A DNA stretch of 64,000 nucleotides from Actinomycetes bacterium (GTDB lineage: Bacteria > Actinomycetota > Acidimicrobiia > Acidimicrobiales > Ilumatobacteraceae). Position 1 is the first letter of the stretch. Every line of letters starts with the position of its first letter. Positions 32,846 through 42,068 of this stretch are shown piece by piece. The notes below the pieces were generated by a model, which had not been told where the DNA came from, searched no databases, and was given only the letters and a program-made list of their open reading frames with translations. The stretch is from the NCBI GenBank assembly GCA_014190235.1, contig BJGC01000008.1, forward strand, positions 139-64,138, in the 5' to 3' direction. Position numbers and translations under genes: made by a program.

Positions 32846-33726
32846 CAGAGCGGAGTCGCTGTGTGCGGGTTGTTTGCATCGCTGACTTCAAGACAGGCGG
32901 CAACTAGCAGTGGTACAAATTCTGCTGAGTGTGTATAGACGGCATCATGATCAGCCTCAAGTCGGCGCTTGGTTGCACCATTAATGCTGACGACGAGTTC
33001 TTCTTGTCGACTTGTGGCAACAACATGATCTTGTCCCGTGATAACGACAGATGTCGGCACATCGATGGTGCCGAGCCATTCGCGAGCGTCGTAGTTGCCA
33101 AGTGCCGCACCTGCTTCAAGAACTTGTTGCCAATCGTGATTTGCTGCTTGTTGCATCGCCCATGGATCCCAGGTTGCAGTCTTGCGTTGCACATACAACT
33201 CCTCGCTGATCCAATCGAGTGCTGCTTTTGGAGTGAGTCTTGCCAATGCACCAAGACCCTGCAGACCCAAGAAGCCAATGCGTTCTTCGCGAGACTCTGC
33301 AAAATATCCAGACGTTGAGCACAGCACCAAGGCGCGGACCCGAGATTCGTGGCGCTTCCACATCAGTTGAGCAATTGCTCCACCCATGGAATATCCAACT
33401 GGAATAAATGTCGCGATATCAAGTTGATCTGCCAATGCAGCGACATCGTCCGCGCAATCTGACAACCGAAAAGGTTGAGTTGATCTGATTCCGCGACCGT
33501 GGCCGCGATGATCAATAGCCACTACACGAAAATGTTTGGCGAGTTCGTTGTAACACGTGAACCAATTCAGGTCTGCCGTGGCGGTCCATCCGTGAAGCAA
33601 CATAAGTGTCGGCGCACCGGCAGGACCGTCTAACTGGCGAATGTAAGTTGTGCCTCGACCAGGCAAATTAATGTGCTGCCCGGGCGGCAAGTTGGGGATC
33701 GAAGGTTCGTCGTCGAGGAGTGACAT
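32845..33726 (-). CDS. alpha/beta-fold hydrolase
   Basis: 293 aa. HGW oxyanion region and nucleophile elbow GYSMGG. Its stop overlaps the ABC1 start by 1 nt (TGATG). Confidence 0.8.
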   Translation of the reverse strand: MSLLDDEPSIPNLPPGQHINLPGRGTTYIRQLDGPAGAPTLMLLHGWTATADLNWFTCYNELAKHFRVVAIDHRGHGRGIRSTQPFRLSDCADDVAALADQLDIATFIPVGYSMGGAIAQLMWKRHESRVRALVLCSTSGYFAESREERIGFLGLQGLGALARLTPKAALDWISEELYVQRKTATWDPWAMQQAANHDWQQVLEAGAALGNYDAREWLGTIDVPTSVVITGQDHVVATSRQEELVVSINGATKRRLEADHDAVYTHSAEFVPLLVAACLEVSDANNPHTATPL

Positions 33727-33732
33727 GTTGTG

Positions 33733-34203
33733 CTATTGAACGCTGATGATTTCAACAATCACTGTGGCACCATTTTCGAGCGTTACTTTTACTGTGCTAC
33801 CAGATTTTTGTCCCATCAGTGCGCCGCCGATTGGTGATGAAGGGCTCATGACTTCGACTCCGTTGACTCGTTCTTCGATATGACCAATCAGATATGTCTC
33901 AGCATCGGATGGATCATCGCCATCAAATAACACCGTGACCGAACTCAGCCAGCCCACGACTCCGGCAACTGGTGCGGGAGCAACCTCGGACTCGTCAATG
34001 ACGCCCTGAATCAGATTCTTTCGATCGTTGAGGAATCCGTATTCGTCTTTGGCGGCGTGATAGTCGCCATTCTCTTTGAGATCTCCCATTTCGCGGGCCC
34101 GTCCGATTTTTTGAGCGACTTCGGGCAGTTGGGTGTGCTCAAGATGTGCAATTTCAGCAACAAGGCGCTGGTATGTGGCCTCTGACAGCAGATGTTTAAC
34201 CAT
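33733..34203 (-). CDS. greA: transcription elongation factor GreA
   Basis: 156 aa. Contains [15 protein letters not shown], the coiled-coil acidic tip motif. Confidence 0.9.
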   Translation of the reverse strand: MVKHLLSEATYQRLVAEIAHLEHTQLPEVAQKIGRAREMGDLKENGDYHAAKDEYGFLNDRKNLIQGVIDESEVAPAPVAGVVGWLSSVTVLFDGDDPSDAETYLIGHIEERVNGVEVMSPSSPIGGALMGQKSGSTVKVTLENGATVIVEIISVQ

Positions 34204-34243
34204 AGGGGGAAAGACTATCGGCGGGTTCTACGATGGAATACCT

Positions 34244-35239
34244 ATGGCACATCGTATTGCAGTCATTGGCGGAGACGGAATAGGTCCAGAAGTGACGCAG
34301 CAGGCCCTCAAAGTGGTGCGCGCCACTGGGGTGGACATCAGCACAACGGACTTTGACTTGGGGGGTGCTCGATATTTGCGTGACGGAGAAATTTTGTCCG
34401 ATGAGGTGCTGCAGCAATTGCGTGGGTTTGACGCCATCTTGCTTGGTGCGGTCGGAACGCCAGAAGTTGCGCCCGGAGTCATCGAGCGAGGCCTTTTATT
34501 AAAAATGCGTTTCGAACTTGATTTATACATCAACCAACGACCGTTCATTGGCACCGCGCCGGGGCACGTCACGCCGCACGACTTCGTAGTGATCCGCGAG
34601 AACACTGAAGGACCATATGTTGGTGAAGGCGGCGTCTTGCGAAAAGGCACGCAACACGAAGTCGCAACACAAGGAAGTGTGAACACACGCATGGGAGTTG
34701 AGCGCTGCGTGAGATATGCGTTTGAATTAGCGCAGTCGCGAGAGCGCAAGCATCTCACCCTCGTGCACAAAACAAATGTGCTGACCTTCGCCGGAGATTT
34801 ATGGCAACGTGCTTTCGATGCAGTAGCAACAGAGTTCCCTTCGGTCACAACTGCGTATAACCACGTTGACGCAGCGTGCATTTATTTCGTTCAAGATCCA
34901 CATCGCTATGACGTGATCGTTACCGACAATTTGTTCGGCGACATCCTCACCGATCTCGGCGGGGCAGTCAGTGGCGGAATCGGACTGGCATCATCTGCCA
35001 ATCTCAATCCAGCACGCACAGGGCCATCGATGTTTGAGCCTGTCCATGGTTCGGCTCCAGACATTGTTGGCACCGGCAAAGCAAACCCCATTGCGGCTAT
35101 CTTGTCGGCGGCTCTTATGTTGGACTTCTTGGGTGAACACTCAGCAGCCGACCAAGTGCGTGCCGCATGCTCACAACCAACGAGCGGTTCAACTACGGAA
35201 ATCGCAAACACCATCACTGCGCGTATCTCAGGCAAGTAG
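34244..35239 (+). CDS. leuB: 3-isopropylmalate dehydrogenase
   Basis: I chose the ATG at 34244 ([17 protein letters not shown]). The [10 protein letters not shown] motif is present. The longer track ORF overlaps greA. Confidence 0.92.
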   Translation: MAHRIAVIGGDGIGPEVTQQALKVVRATGVDISTTDFDLGGARYLRDGEILSDEVLQQLRGFDAILLGAVGTPEVAPGVIERGLLLKMRFELDLYINQRPFIGTAPGHVTPHDFVVIRENTEGPYVGEGGVLRKGTQHEVATQGSVNTRMGVERCVRYAFELAQSRERKHLTLVHKTNVLTFAGDLWQRAFDAVATEFPSVTTAYNHVDAACIYFVQDPHRYDVIVTDNLFGDILTDLGGAVSGGIGLASSANLNPARTGPSMFEPVHGSAPDIVGTGKANPIAAILSAALMLDFLGEHSAADQVRAACSQPTSGSTTEIANTITARISGK

Positions 35240-35272
35240 CCTACGCACAGCACAATTAATGAGGAGCCTGGA

Positions 35273-36193
35273 ATGCCCACGCTAATACCAACACCGAAAA
35301 TCTGGATGAACGGCAAACTTGTCGATTGGGACAAGGCACAAGTTCATGTCTTGACACATACCTTGCATTACGGAACTGGCGTGTTCGAAGGTATACGTGC
35401 CTACGAAACGAGTGATGGTCCGGCCATTTTTCGTTTGACAGACCACATCAAACGGCTGCATTCAAGCGCCAAGATTATGGGAATGGAATTGCCGTATTCG
35501 GTCGACGAGCTTGTTGCGGCCACCAAAGAAACCGTGGTGTCGACTGGTCTGCCGAGTTGCTACATTCGCCCGATTGCCTATTACGGCTACGGAGAAATGG
35601 GACTCAATACTTTGCCGTGCACCGTGGATGTAGCGATTGCCTGTTGGCCATGGGGTGCGTATCTCGGAGAAGACGCACTCACCAAAGGTGTACGCATGAA
35701 GATTTCTTCATGGACGCGCCATGATCACAATACAATGCCACCAGCAGCAAAGACCGTTGGCAACTATGTCAACTCATCACTCGCCAAAGTAGAGGCACTC
35801 AAAGCCGGCTACGACGAAGCCATCATGCTCAGCCCACATGGTTTTGTGGCCGAGTGCACGGGAGAAAACATTTTTGTATCTCGCCACGGTGTCATCATCA
35901 CCCCGCCGCTCTCTGCTGGCGCCCTAGAGGGAATCACTCAAAGTAGCGTCACGCGCATCGCGCATGACTTGGGCTATGAGGTTCAAGTGGGCAACTTGGC
36001 ACGATCTGATTTGTATATCGCCGATGAAATTTTTGTCTGTGGCACTGCCGCAGAAGTCAGCGCTGTCAACTCTGTCGACGACCGCATCGTCCCGTGCCCT
36101 GGTCCGATGACGGCTGCAATTGGTGCGGTATATGGCAAAGCCGTCCGGGGTCAAGATGACCGCTATAGAGATTGGTGCGAACTAGCCCGGTAA
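35273..36193 (+). CDS. ilvE: branched-chain amino acid aminotransferase (class IV)
   Basis: 306 aa. N-terminal IWMNGKLVDWDKAQVHVLTHTLHYGTGVFEGIRAY is typical of IlvE. Confidence 0.9.
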   Translation: MPTLIPTPKIWMNGKLVDWDKAQVHVLTHTLHYGTGVFEGIRAYETSDGPAIFRLTDHIKRLHSSAKIMGMELPYSVDELVAATKETVVSTGLPSCYIRPIAYYGYGEMGLNTLPCTVDVAIACWPWGAYLGEDALTKGVRMKISSWTRHDHNTMPPAAKTVGNYVNSSLAKVEALKAGYDEAIMLSPHGFVAECTGENIFVSRHGVIITPPLSAGALEGITQSSVTRIAHDLGYEVQVGNLARSDLYIADEIFVCGTAAEVSAVNSVDDRIVPCPGPMTAAIGAVYGKAVRGQDDRYRDWCELAR

Positions 36194-36262
36194 TCCACAG
36201 TCTGTGGACAATAAAGCCACCATCCACACGCTTTCCCCACTTTGTCCACAGGAAAATCCACA
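36191..36262. promoter_or_regulatory. cluster of five DnaA-box-like TCCACA motifs
   Basis: TAATCCACA at 36191-99 (+), TTGTCCACA at 36203-11 (-), CCATCCACA at 36220-28 (+), TTGTCCACA at 36242-50 (+), AAATCCACA at 36254-62 (+). The first two form a perfect 15-bp palindrome, TCCACAGTCTGTGGA. Confidence 0.45.
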
Positions 36263-36298
36263 ACTGGTGTTGACGAATTGCCCGAAAGGGGCGAGACT

Positions 36299-36382
36299 AT
36301 GACCATGACGAATCAGGCCATCCCACATGCCGCTGGGCAACGTGCTGCTTCGTCAACCAACGCAATCATCATTATTTTTTAG
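36299..36382 (+). CDS. candidate isoleucine leader peptide (MTMTNQAIPHAAGQRAASSTNAIIIIF)
   Basis: The ORF ends ...GCA ATC ATC ATT ATT TTT TAG. The four consecutive Ile codons are at 36365-36376. An alternative in-frame ATG at 36305 may be the leaderless 5' end. Confidence 0.6.
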   Translation: MTMTNQAIPHAAGQRAASSTNAIIIIF

Positions 36383-36404
36383 CGCACGTCAATCCGACGT
36401 GCGC
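36382..36404 (+). promoter_or_regulatory. GC-rich hairpin abutting the leader-peptide stop codon
   Basis: GCGCACGTC-aatcc-GACGTGCGC, a 9-bp perfect stem that begins at the last base of the TAG. Confidence 0.55.
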
Positions 36405-36409
36405 CACAA

Positions 36410-36432
36410 GCCGCCCACTAGGGCGGCTTTTT
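36410..36432 (+). terminator. intrinsic terminator in the cimA leader (candidate attenuator)
   Basis: GCCGCCC-acta-GGGCGGC followed by TTTTT. It ends 28 nt upstream of the cimA ATG, which has a GGAG SD at 36451-54. Confidence 0.6.
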
Positions 36433-36460
36433 CATTCCCGAATATCAACTGGAGCTGATC

Positions 36461-38059
36461 ATGAGCACACAACACAACACGCAACACACGCCCGAACAGG
36501 TAGAAGTTTTTGACACCACATTGCGCGACGGCATGCAAGTTGAGGGCGTCTCGGCAACTGTTGCCGACAAACTTCGTATCGCTGAACAACTTGATTATCT
36601 TGGCGTGCATTTCATTGAGGGTGGTTGGCCTGGCGCTAATCCTAAAGACATTGAGTTTTTTGCGAGAGCACAAACTGAACTGCAGTTGCGTCATTCAACT
36701 TTGGTGGCTTTTGGTTCCACTCGTCGTCCTGCCGGCAAAGTAGATGACGATGCAACTCTGCGCAACTTGATCGAGGCCAATACGTCGGCCGTGTGTATTG
36801 TCGCCAAGAGTTGGGATTACCACGTTGAGCAAGCTCTACAAACGACACTTGATGAAGGCATCGCAATGGTCGCTGACTCCGTGGAGTTTCTGACAGGACA
36901 CGGACGTCGAGTGCTGATTGACCTCGAGCATTTCTTCGATGGGTATAAGAATAATCCAGAGTTTGCACTTCGAGTGATTGAAGCAGCAGTGATGAAAGGT
37001 GCAACCCACTTGGTGATGTGCGATACCAATGGTGGTTCATTGCCACACGAAATTGAGCGCATCGTGGCTGCTGTGCGTACTCATGTCGGAGGCGATGCCA
37101 TTTTGGGAATCCATTGTCACGACGATGCTGGTTGCGCTGTTGCAAACTCGATGGCTGCAGTGACAAGTGGTGTGCGTCATGTGCAAGGAACCCTCAATGG
37201 ACTCGGCGAACGAACCGGTAACGCAAACCTCACCACGATCATCCCGAACTTGCAACTAAAAATGGGTTACATCTGTTTGCCTGCTGGCAATCTTGAGCGA
37301 CTCACCCCCGTGAGTAATCATGTTGCAGAAGTACTCAATCGCCCACTTAATCCGCAGGCACCATATGTGGGGTCATCTGCATTCGCGCACAAGGCTGGGT
37401 TGCATGTGTCGGCAATCGTTCGTGCCAAAGATGCGTACGAGCACATCGAACCAGAACTCGTCGGCAATGGCACGCGCTTTGTTGTGTCCGAGATGGCGGG
37501 TCGTGCCACGATTCAACTTAAGGCTGATGAACTTGGTCTTCCGATGGATGGACCAGCAGTTAATCAAGTCATTGATGACCTCAAGCGACTTGAGCACGAG
37601 GGGTATCACTTTGAGGCTGCGGATGCATCGCTTGAATTATTGATGCGACGCGCAGCCGGTTGGGAGCAAGATTTCTTCCGTGTTGAATCAATGCGAGTCA
37701 TCACTGACGAAGCCACTGACGGACGTTTCACAACAGAGGCAACTGTCAAGGTGTGGGTGGGGGACGAGCGTTTTGTCCATGCCACCGAAGGTAACGGCCC
37801 CGTGAATGCCATCGACGCATCACTGCGAGCAGCACTCACTGCAAAGTATCCGCAACTATCCAAAGTGCATCTCACCGACTACAAGGTACGCATCTTGGAT
37901 GGAGCCACAGCAACTGGCGCAGTGACACGAGTTTTGATTGATGCCACCAACGGTGACCGCAGTTGGACCACCATTGGCGTGTCAACAAACATCATCGAAG
38001 CATCGTGGCGAGCACTCGAAGAGTCGCTTGTCTATGGCTTGCTGCACGCGTCAGCCTAA
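36461..38059 (+). CDS. cimA: (R)-citramalate synthase (LeuA/HCS family, TIGR00977-like)
   Basis: 532 aa. N-terminus VFDTTLRDGMQVEGVSATVADKLRIAEQLDYLGVHFIEGGWPGANPKDIEFF matches the citramalate synthase subfamily pattern. HCHDDAG metal site. Confidence 0.8.
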   Translation: MSTQHNTQHTPEQVEVFDTTLRDGMQVEGVSATVADKLRIAEQLDYLGVHFIEGGWPGANPKDIEFFARAQTELQLRHSTLVAFGSTRRPAGKVDDDATLRNLIEANTSAVCIVAKSWDYHVEQALQTTLDEGIAMVADSVEFLTGHGRRVLIDLEHFFDGYKNNPEFALRVIEAAVMKGATHLVMCDTNGGSLPHEIERIVAAVRTHVGGDAILGIHCHDDAGCAVANSMAAVTSGVRHVQGTLNGLGERTGNANLTTIIPNLQLKMGYICLPAGNLERLTPVSNHVAEVLNRPLNPQAPYVGSSAFAHKAGLHVSAIVRAKDAYEHIEPELVGNGTRFVVSEMAGRATIQLKADELGLPMDGPAVNQVIDDLKRLEHEGYHFEAADASLELLMRRAAGWEQDFFRVESMRVITDEATDGRFTTEATVKVWVGDERFVHATEGNGPVNAIDASLRAALTAKYPQLSKVHLTDYKVRILDGATATGAVTRVLIDATNGDRSWTTIGVSTNIIEASWRALEESLVYGLLHASA

Positions 38060-38070
38060 GGTAGGTCGTC

Positions 38071-38595
38071 ATGGCTGCTCCTCAGTACTCACCTCCGCCA
38101 ACAGTTGACACCACGCGCATTTATGGGTCTCCTCAGCATGTTCCGTTCTCGTGGACATCTGATCGTCCTGCAGAGATAACAGGTCGACAACCAACTGGCG
38201 AGCGTCTCGGATACCAAGGTCCTGACCAAGGATATGTCTTGACGTTGGCATCGCATCTGCGCCCCAAAGTAGTAGTCACAAAAAACGAACGCGTCGAAGA
38301 TGTCTTGAGAGGTTGCACCTTGATTGCATTGCGGCGGGCATCATTGTTTGGTCGTGCGCCAGTTATACATGACCTCACACTCGCACTTACGATCTGGGGG
38401 TTTCTTAGTACTGATGTGCCAGCAGACTTAGTTGCAACACGCACCGAACTTTTTTCTGGTGTGGACAATGTCTTGCACCACTACTCTCAAGGTCGCACTT
38501 TGGCGGACATGGTTCCAGTTTCAACATTGCGTTTATCGGTGCAGTTAGTGACTGCTCAGATGCCCATGTCTTGGCGTGCTTTGACCGGTGCCTAA
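38071..38595 (+). CDS. hypothetical protein
   Basis: 174 aa ORF starting 11 nt after the cimA stop. No recognised motif. Confidence 0.5.
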   Translation: MAAPQYSPPPTVDTTRIYGSPQHVPFSWTSDRPAEITGRQPTGERLGYQGPDQGYVLTLASHLRPKVVVTKNERVEDVLRGCTLIALRRASLFGRAPVIHDLTLALTIWGFLSTDVPADLVATRTELFSGVDNVLHHYSQGRTLADMVPVSTLRLSVQLVTAQMPMSWRALTGA

Positions 38596-38979
38596 TTAGG
38601 CATCGAGTGCATGCTGGCGCAGATCGCCAAGCGAACAAAATTCAAGTGCAGCAAGATGAGTGGATGCCAGTTTGACTTGTGGTGCCATTCCGGCCTCGAA
38701 GGCTTCGTGCCAACGGGGAGCACACAGGCACCATTGGTCTCCGGGTTGAAGCCCAGCAAAACCATACTGAGGCATTGGCGTTGAGAGATCGTTGCCGACT
38801 GACTTGGAATATTCTAGAAAATCTTTCGTGAGCACCACACACACTGCATGCACACCAACGTCGTCTCCGCCGACTTCACAGCAGCCGGTGCGATAAAAAC
38901 CTGTCATCGGGTCTGTGCAACATGACTCAAGTCTTTCGCCTAACACATTGAGTTGTTCTGTTTGAGAGTAGATAGTCAT
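38596..38979 (-). CDS. DUF2237-family Cys-rich protein
   Basis: 127 aa. The pattern LESCCTDPMTGFYRTGCC...GDQWCLCAPRW matches my recollection of DUF2237. Confidence 0.65.
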   Translation of the reverse strand: MTIYSQTEQLNVLGERLESCCTDPMTGFYRTGCCEVGGDDVGVHAVCVVLTKDFLEYSKSVGNDLSTPMPQYGFAGLQPGDQWCLCAPRWHEAFEAGMAPQVKLASTHLAALEFCSLGDLRQHALDA

Positions 38980-38980
38980 G

Positions 38981-39691
38981 TCATATCACCGTGGTGTTGA
39001 GAAGTAGTCCGATGGAATATGTTACGCCGCACGCAACCAGCAAAATCAGTACTTGTCGAAGACTCGTGCGCGCAATCGAACGCTCGGCTGATTTGCCGAT
39101 GAACCCGCCGACGATGGCGGCAACGAATATGCCAATCAATACCGATGCTGTTTTGGCTGCTGCGCCAGATCCGATATACCACGGCAGAACAGGCAAGAGA
39201 GCGCCGACAATAAAGCAGATAAACGAAACGGCTGCAACACGTGGAGGTGAGGCCAAATCATCAACATCAATGCCAAATTCTTCGCGGGCGTGCACGATGA
39301 GCGCGAGTTCTGGCTTTGACATCACCTCTTGAGCAGCACTCGCCGCTTGTTCTTTAGACATCCCGTGTCCTTCATAGAACGCTGCAAGTTCGAGTGTTTC
39401 GAATTCGGGGTTATTAACAATCTCGCGGCGCTCCATCTCAACTTCGCGCTGAATCAGTTCATTTTGTGCCGACACCGATACCCATTCACCAGCGGCCATG
39501 CTGGCGGCACCAGCAACTGCACCTGCAAGACCAGCGAGCCGCACGATTGATGTACTGACTCCACCACCCGCGATACCAATCACCAGCGACACATTTGAGA
39601 TCAAACCATCACTGATGCCAAATATTGCGGCGCGGGCCAAACCGCCTGAGACAGAACGATGCCCTGGGTGTGGATCTTTGGTGCGTGCCAT
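38981..39691 (-). CDS. VIT1/CCC1-family iron/manganese transporter
   Basis: 236 aa. N-terminal RAAIFGISDGL, a central acidic helix (ELIQREVEMERREI) and C-terminal TM helices. Confidence 0.8.
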   Translation of the reverse strand: MARTKDPHPGHRSVSGGLARAAIFGISDGLISNVSLVIGIAGGGVSTSIVRLAGLAGAVAGAASMAAGEWVSVSAQNELIQREVEMERREIVNNPEFETLELAAFYEGHGMSKEQAASAAQEVMSKPELALIVHAREEFGIDVDDLASPPRVAAVSFICFIVGALLPVLPWYIGSGAAAKTASVLIGIFVAAIVGGFIGKSAERSIARTSLRQVLILLVACGVTYSIGLLLNTTVI

Positions 39692-39764
39692 GCCTTGACC
39701 ATACTCGTCAGCACTGAATACATGCGTTGCTCTACTAACCTGACTACGAGATGAGAAATGTCAC

Positions 39765-41174
39765 ATGACCGGTACACCACGATTTCGCTTTGCCCCATCC
39801 CCAACGGGGTTTTTCCATGTCGGCGGCGCGCGAACAGCGCTCTATAACTGGGCCCTGGCACAACACCTAGGCGGCACATTTGTCCTGCGTATTGAAGACA
39901 CAGACGAATCACGCAATAGCCCTGAGTGGACGCAAGGCATTATTGACGCGCTTGGCTGGCTCGGCATCAACTCTGATTCACCACAGTTCGAGGGTCCGTA
40001 TTTTCAGTCTCAGAATGCCGATAAGCACATTGCTGCTGCACATCGATTATTTGAGCAAGGTAACGCCTATTGGTGTGATCTGACTTCAGAACAAATTCAG
40101 GAGCGGGCAAAGGCGTCGGGCAAACAGGGCTACGACGGATACTCACGCGATAGGGGATTGAGTGCTGGCCCCGGACATGTGTTGCGTTTTCGTGTACCCC
40201 AAGGCACAACCGTGGTTCATGATCTCGTGCGCGGCGAAGTGGAGTTTGCCAATGACACCATTGAGGACTTTGTCTTGCTGCGCAGCAGCGGCTCGCCAAT
40301 GTTTTTGTTGGCCAATGTCATTGACGACATCGACATGACCGTTACTCACGTTGTGCGAGCCGAAGAACATCTTCCCAATACTCCAAAACAACAAATGGTG
40401 TGGGATGCATTGGGGGTGACTCCTCCTATCTGGGCTCATGTTCCGGTGTTAGTCAACGAACAACGCAAGAAGTTGTCAAAGCGGCGTGACAAAGTGGCAC
40501 TCGAGCAATACAAATCAGATGGCATCTTGGCTGATGCGATGGTGAACTATTTGATGACACTTGGATGGGCCCCGCACGGCGACACAGAGATTGTCCCTTG
40601 GACCACAATGGTTGAGCAGTTTCGTCTTGAGGATGTCAATCACTCTCCAGCATTTTTCGATGTCAAAAAACTAGAAGCTTTTAATGGCGATTACATTCGG
40701 GCACTCTCACTTAGTGACTTTATTGATGCATGTCAGCCGTGGTTAACGGCAAGCGATGTCGCATGGAGCCCTGCCCAATTTGATGCAGATGTGTTCGCAT
40801 CAATTGCTTCTCTGATTCAGACACGTGTGGCCGTCTTTAGCGAAGTTGCCAGCATGGTTGATTTCTTTTTTCTCCCTGATGCACCTACGGACGATGCGTC
40901 TTGGACGAAAGCCATGACCCCAGAGTGGGCACATGATGTCTTGAACGAATGCGCACGCGAGTATGCAACATGTGACTGGAACCATGATTCACTGAAACTC
41001 GTGCTTGAGACAATCGGCACCAACCGTGATCTGAAATTAGGCAAAGTCCAGGCTCCGCTGCGAGTCGCCATTACTGGTCGCACTGTTGGGCCACCACTCT
41101 TTGAAAGTATCGAGTTCTTGGGTCGCCAGCGCACGCTTGCGCGTATTGGTGTTGCCTTACAACGCCTTGGCTGA
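39765..41174 (+). CDS. gltX: glutamate--tRNA ligase
   Basis: 469 aa. [17 protein letters not shown] (HIGH-type) and KLSKR (KMSKS-type) motifs. Confidence 0.93.
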   Translation: MTGTPRFRFAPSPTGFFHVGGARTALYNWALAQHLGGTFVLRIEDTDESRNSPEWTQGIIDALGWLGINSDSPQFEGPYFQSQNADKHIAAAHRLFEQGNAYWCDLTSEQIQERAKASGKQGYDGYSRDRGLSAGPGHVLRFRVPQGTTVVHDLVRGEVEFANDTIEDFVLLRSSGSPMFLLANVIDDIDMTVTHVVRAEEHLPNTPKQQMVWDALGVTPPIWAHVPVLVNEQRKKLSKRRDKVALEQYKSDGILADAMVNYLMTLGWAPHGDTEIVPWTTMVEQFRLEDVNHSPAFFDVKKLEAFNGDYIRALSLSDFIDACQPWLTASDVAWSPAQFDADVFASIASLIQTRVAVFSEVASMVDFFFLPDAPTDDASWTKAMTPEWAHDVLNECAREYATCDWNHDSLKLVLETIGTNRDLKLGKVQAPLRVAITGRTVGPPLFESIEFLGRQRTLARIGVALQRLG

Positions 41175-41183
41175 TCGATAGCA

Positions 41184-41798
41184 ATGAAGTTCATTCGATT
41201 TTGTGCTGTTGTTGCGGCTGCCAAAATACTGACGGTGATGGTCTATCTCCTCATCACGTTTATATCGGTGCTGAGTGTCGGAAGGTACGCAGATACTCAA
41301 CATGCTGACGCCATTGTTGTTATGGGTGCCGCACAGTACGATGGACGTCCTTCGCCACTACTTGCCTCTCGACTTGACCACGCTTTTGACTTGTGGGAGA
41401 AAAATCAAGCGCCACTTATTGCGGTTACTGGCGGCAAGCAACAAGGAGATCGTTTTACTGAAGCAGGGGCATCACGGAAATATCTTGAAAAACTAGGTGT
41501 TCCTCCAGAAAAAATTATTTCTGAAGACGAGGGGCATTCAACATTTGAGTCCGTGCGAAATTTGAAACCCATCTTAGATGCACGCAAGATTGCGTCAGTT
41601 GTAGTTGTCTCAGACACCTTTCATATTCAACGCATCGTATTGACATTGCGCGAGTCTGGCTTTCGTGCACGTGGGTCGGCTACATCAACGAGTCCGGTCA
41701 GGGGATGGGAAGCGTTCGGGCGCAGCATCAAAGAGACCGCGGGTGTGAGTATTGGGCGGCTCATTGGATTTGAGCGCCTCTGGCGCATGACTGGCTAA
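41184..41798 (+). CDS. YdcF/ElyC (DUF218) family protein
   Basis: 204 aa. N-terminal TM, then the ADAIVVMGAAQYDG...IAVTGGK pattern typical of DUF218. Confidence 0.7.
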   Translation: MKFIRFCAVVAAAKILTVMVYLLITFISVLSVGRYADTQHADAIVVMGAAQYDGRPSPLLASRLDHAFDLWEKNQAPLIAVTGGKQQGDRFTEAGASRKYLEKLGVPPEKIISEDEGHSTFESVRNLKPILDARKIASVVVVSDTFHIQRIVLTLRESGFRARGSATSTSPVRGWEAFGRSIKETAGVSIGRLIGFERLWRMTG

Positions 41799-41848
41799 CG
41801 ATCTTGTGGGTAGTTTTGGCGCACACCGCTACACTTGCGATGTTCCAC

Positions 41849-41920
41849 TGGGGAATGGTGTAATTGGCAACACAGCAGTTTCTGGAACTGTTATTCAGGG
41901 TTCGAGTCCTTGTTCCCCAA
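41849..41920 (+). tRNA. tRNA-Gln (anticodon CTG)
   Basis: 72-nt cloverleaf folded by hand. Acceptor TGGGGAA/TTCCCCA, D-stem GTGT/ACAC, anticodon stem GCAGT/ACTGT with loop TTCTGGA, T-arm CAGGG-TTCGAGT-CCTTG. No encoded CCA. Confidence 0.9.
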
Positions 41921-41962
41921 CTAAACCTCTCGCCAGTAGCGGTATCGTGTGTTGTGCTACTT

Positions 41963-42035
41963 GGCCCCATCGTCTAGTGGCCTAGGACACCACCCTCTCA
42001 AGGTGGCGGCACGGGTTCGAATCCCGTTGGGGCTG
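41963..42035 (+). tRNA. tRNA-Glu (anticodon CTC)
   Basis: 73-nt cloverleaf. Acceptor GGCCCCA/TGGGGCT (G1-U72 wobble), D-stem GTCT/GGAC, anticodon stem CCACC/GGTGG with loop CTCTCAA, T-arm ACGGG-TTCGAAT-CCCGT. No encoded CCA. Confidence 0.9.
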
Positions 42036-42068
42036 CTCTGCGTGTTGGAGTGTTGTTAGTGTTGTTTT

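Noticed and set aside
36191-36262. Whether the DnaA-box cluster marks the chromosomal replication origin.
   Set aside because: There is no dnaA, dnaN, rpmH or parAB nearby, and no AT-rich unwinding element. The cluster is only about 70 bp, embedded between amino-acid biosynthesis genes. I kept it as an ectopic DnaA-box-like cluster instead.
39692-39764. A yybP-ykoY (Mn) riboswitch upstream of the VIT1 transporter, and a ydaO (c-di-AMP) riboswitch upstream of kup (60952-60982).
   Set aside because: The upstream gaps are only 73 bp and 31 bp, too short for these elements of 100 nt or more. No conserved cores were seen.
41804-41835. A possible promoter for the tRNA-Gln/tRNA-Glu pair (TTGTGG ... 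TACACT).
   Set aside because: The spacing between the hexamers is about 20 nt, outside the usual 16-18 nt, so I did not call it.
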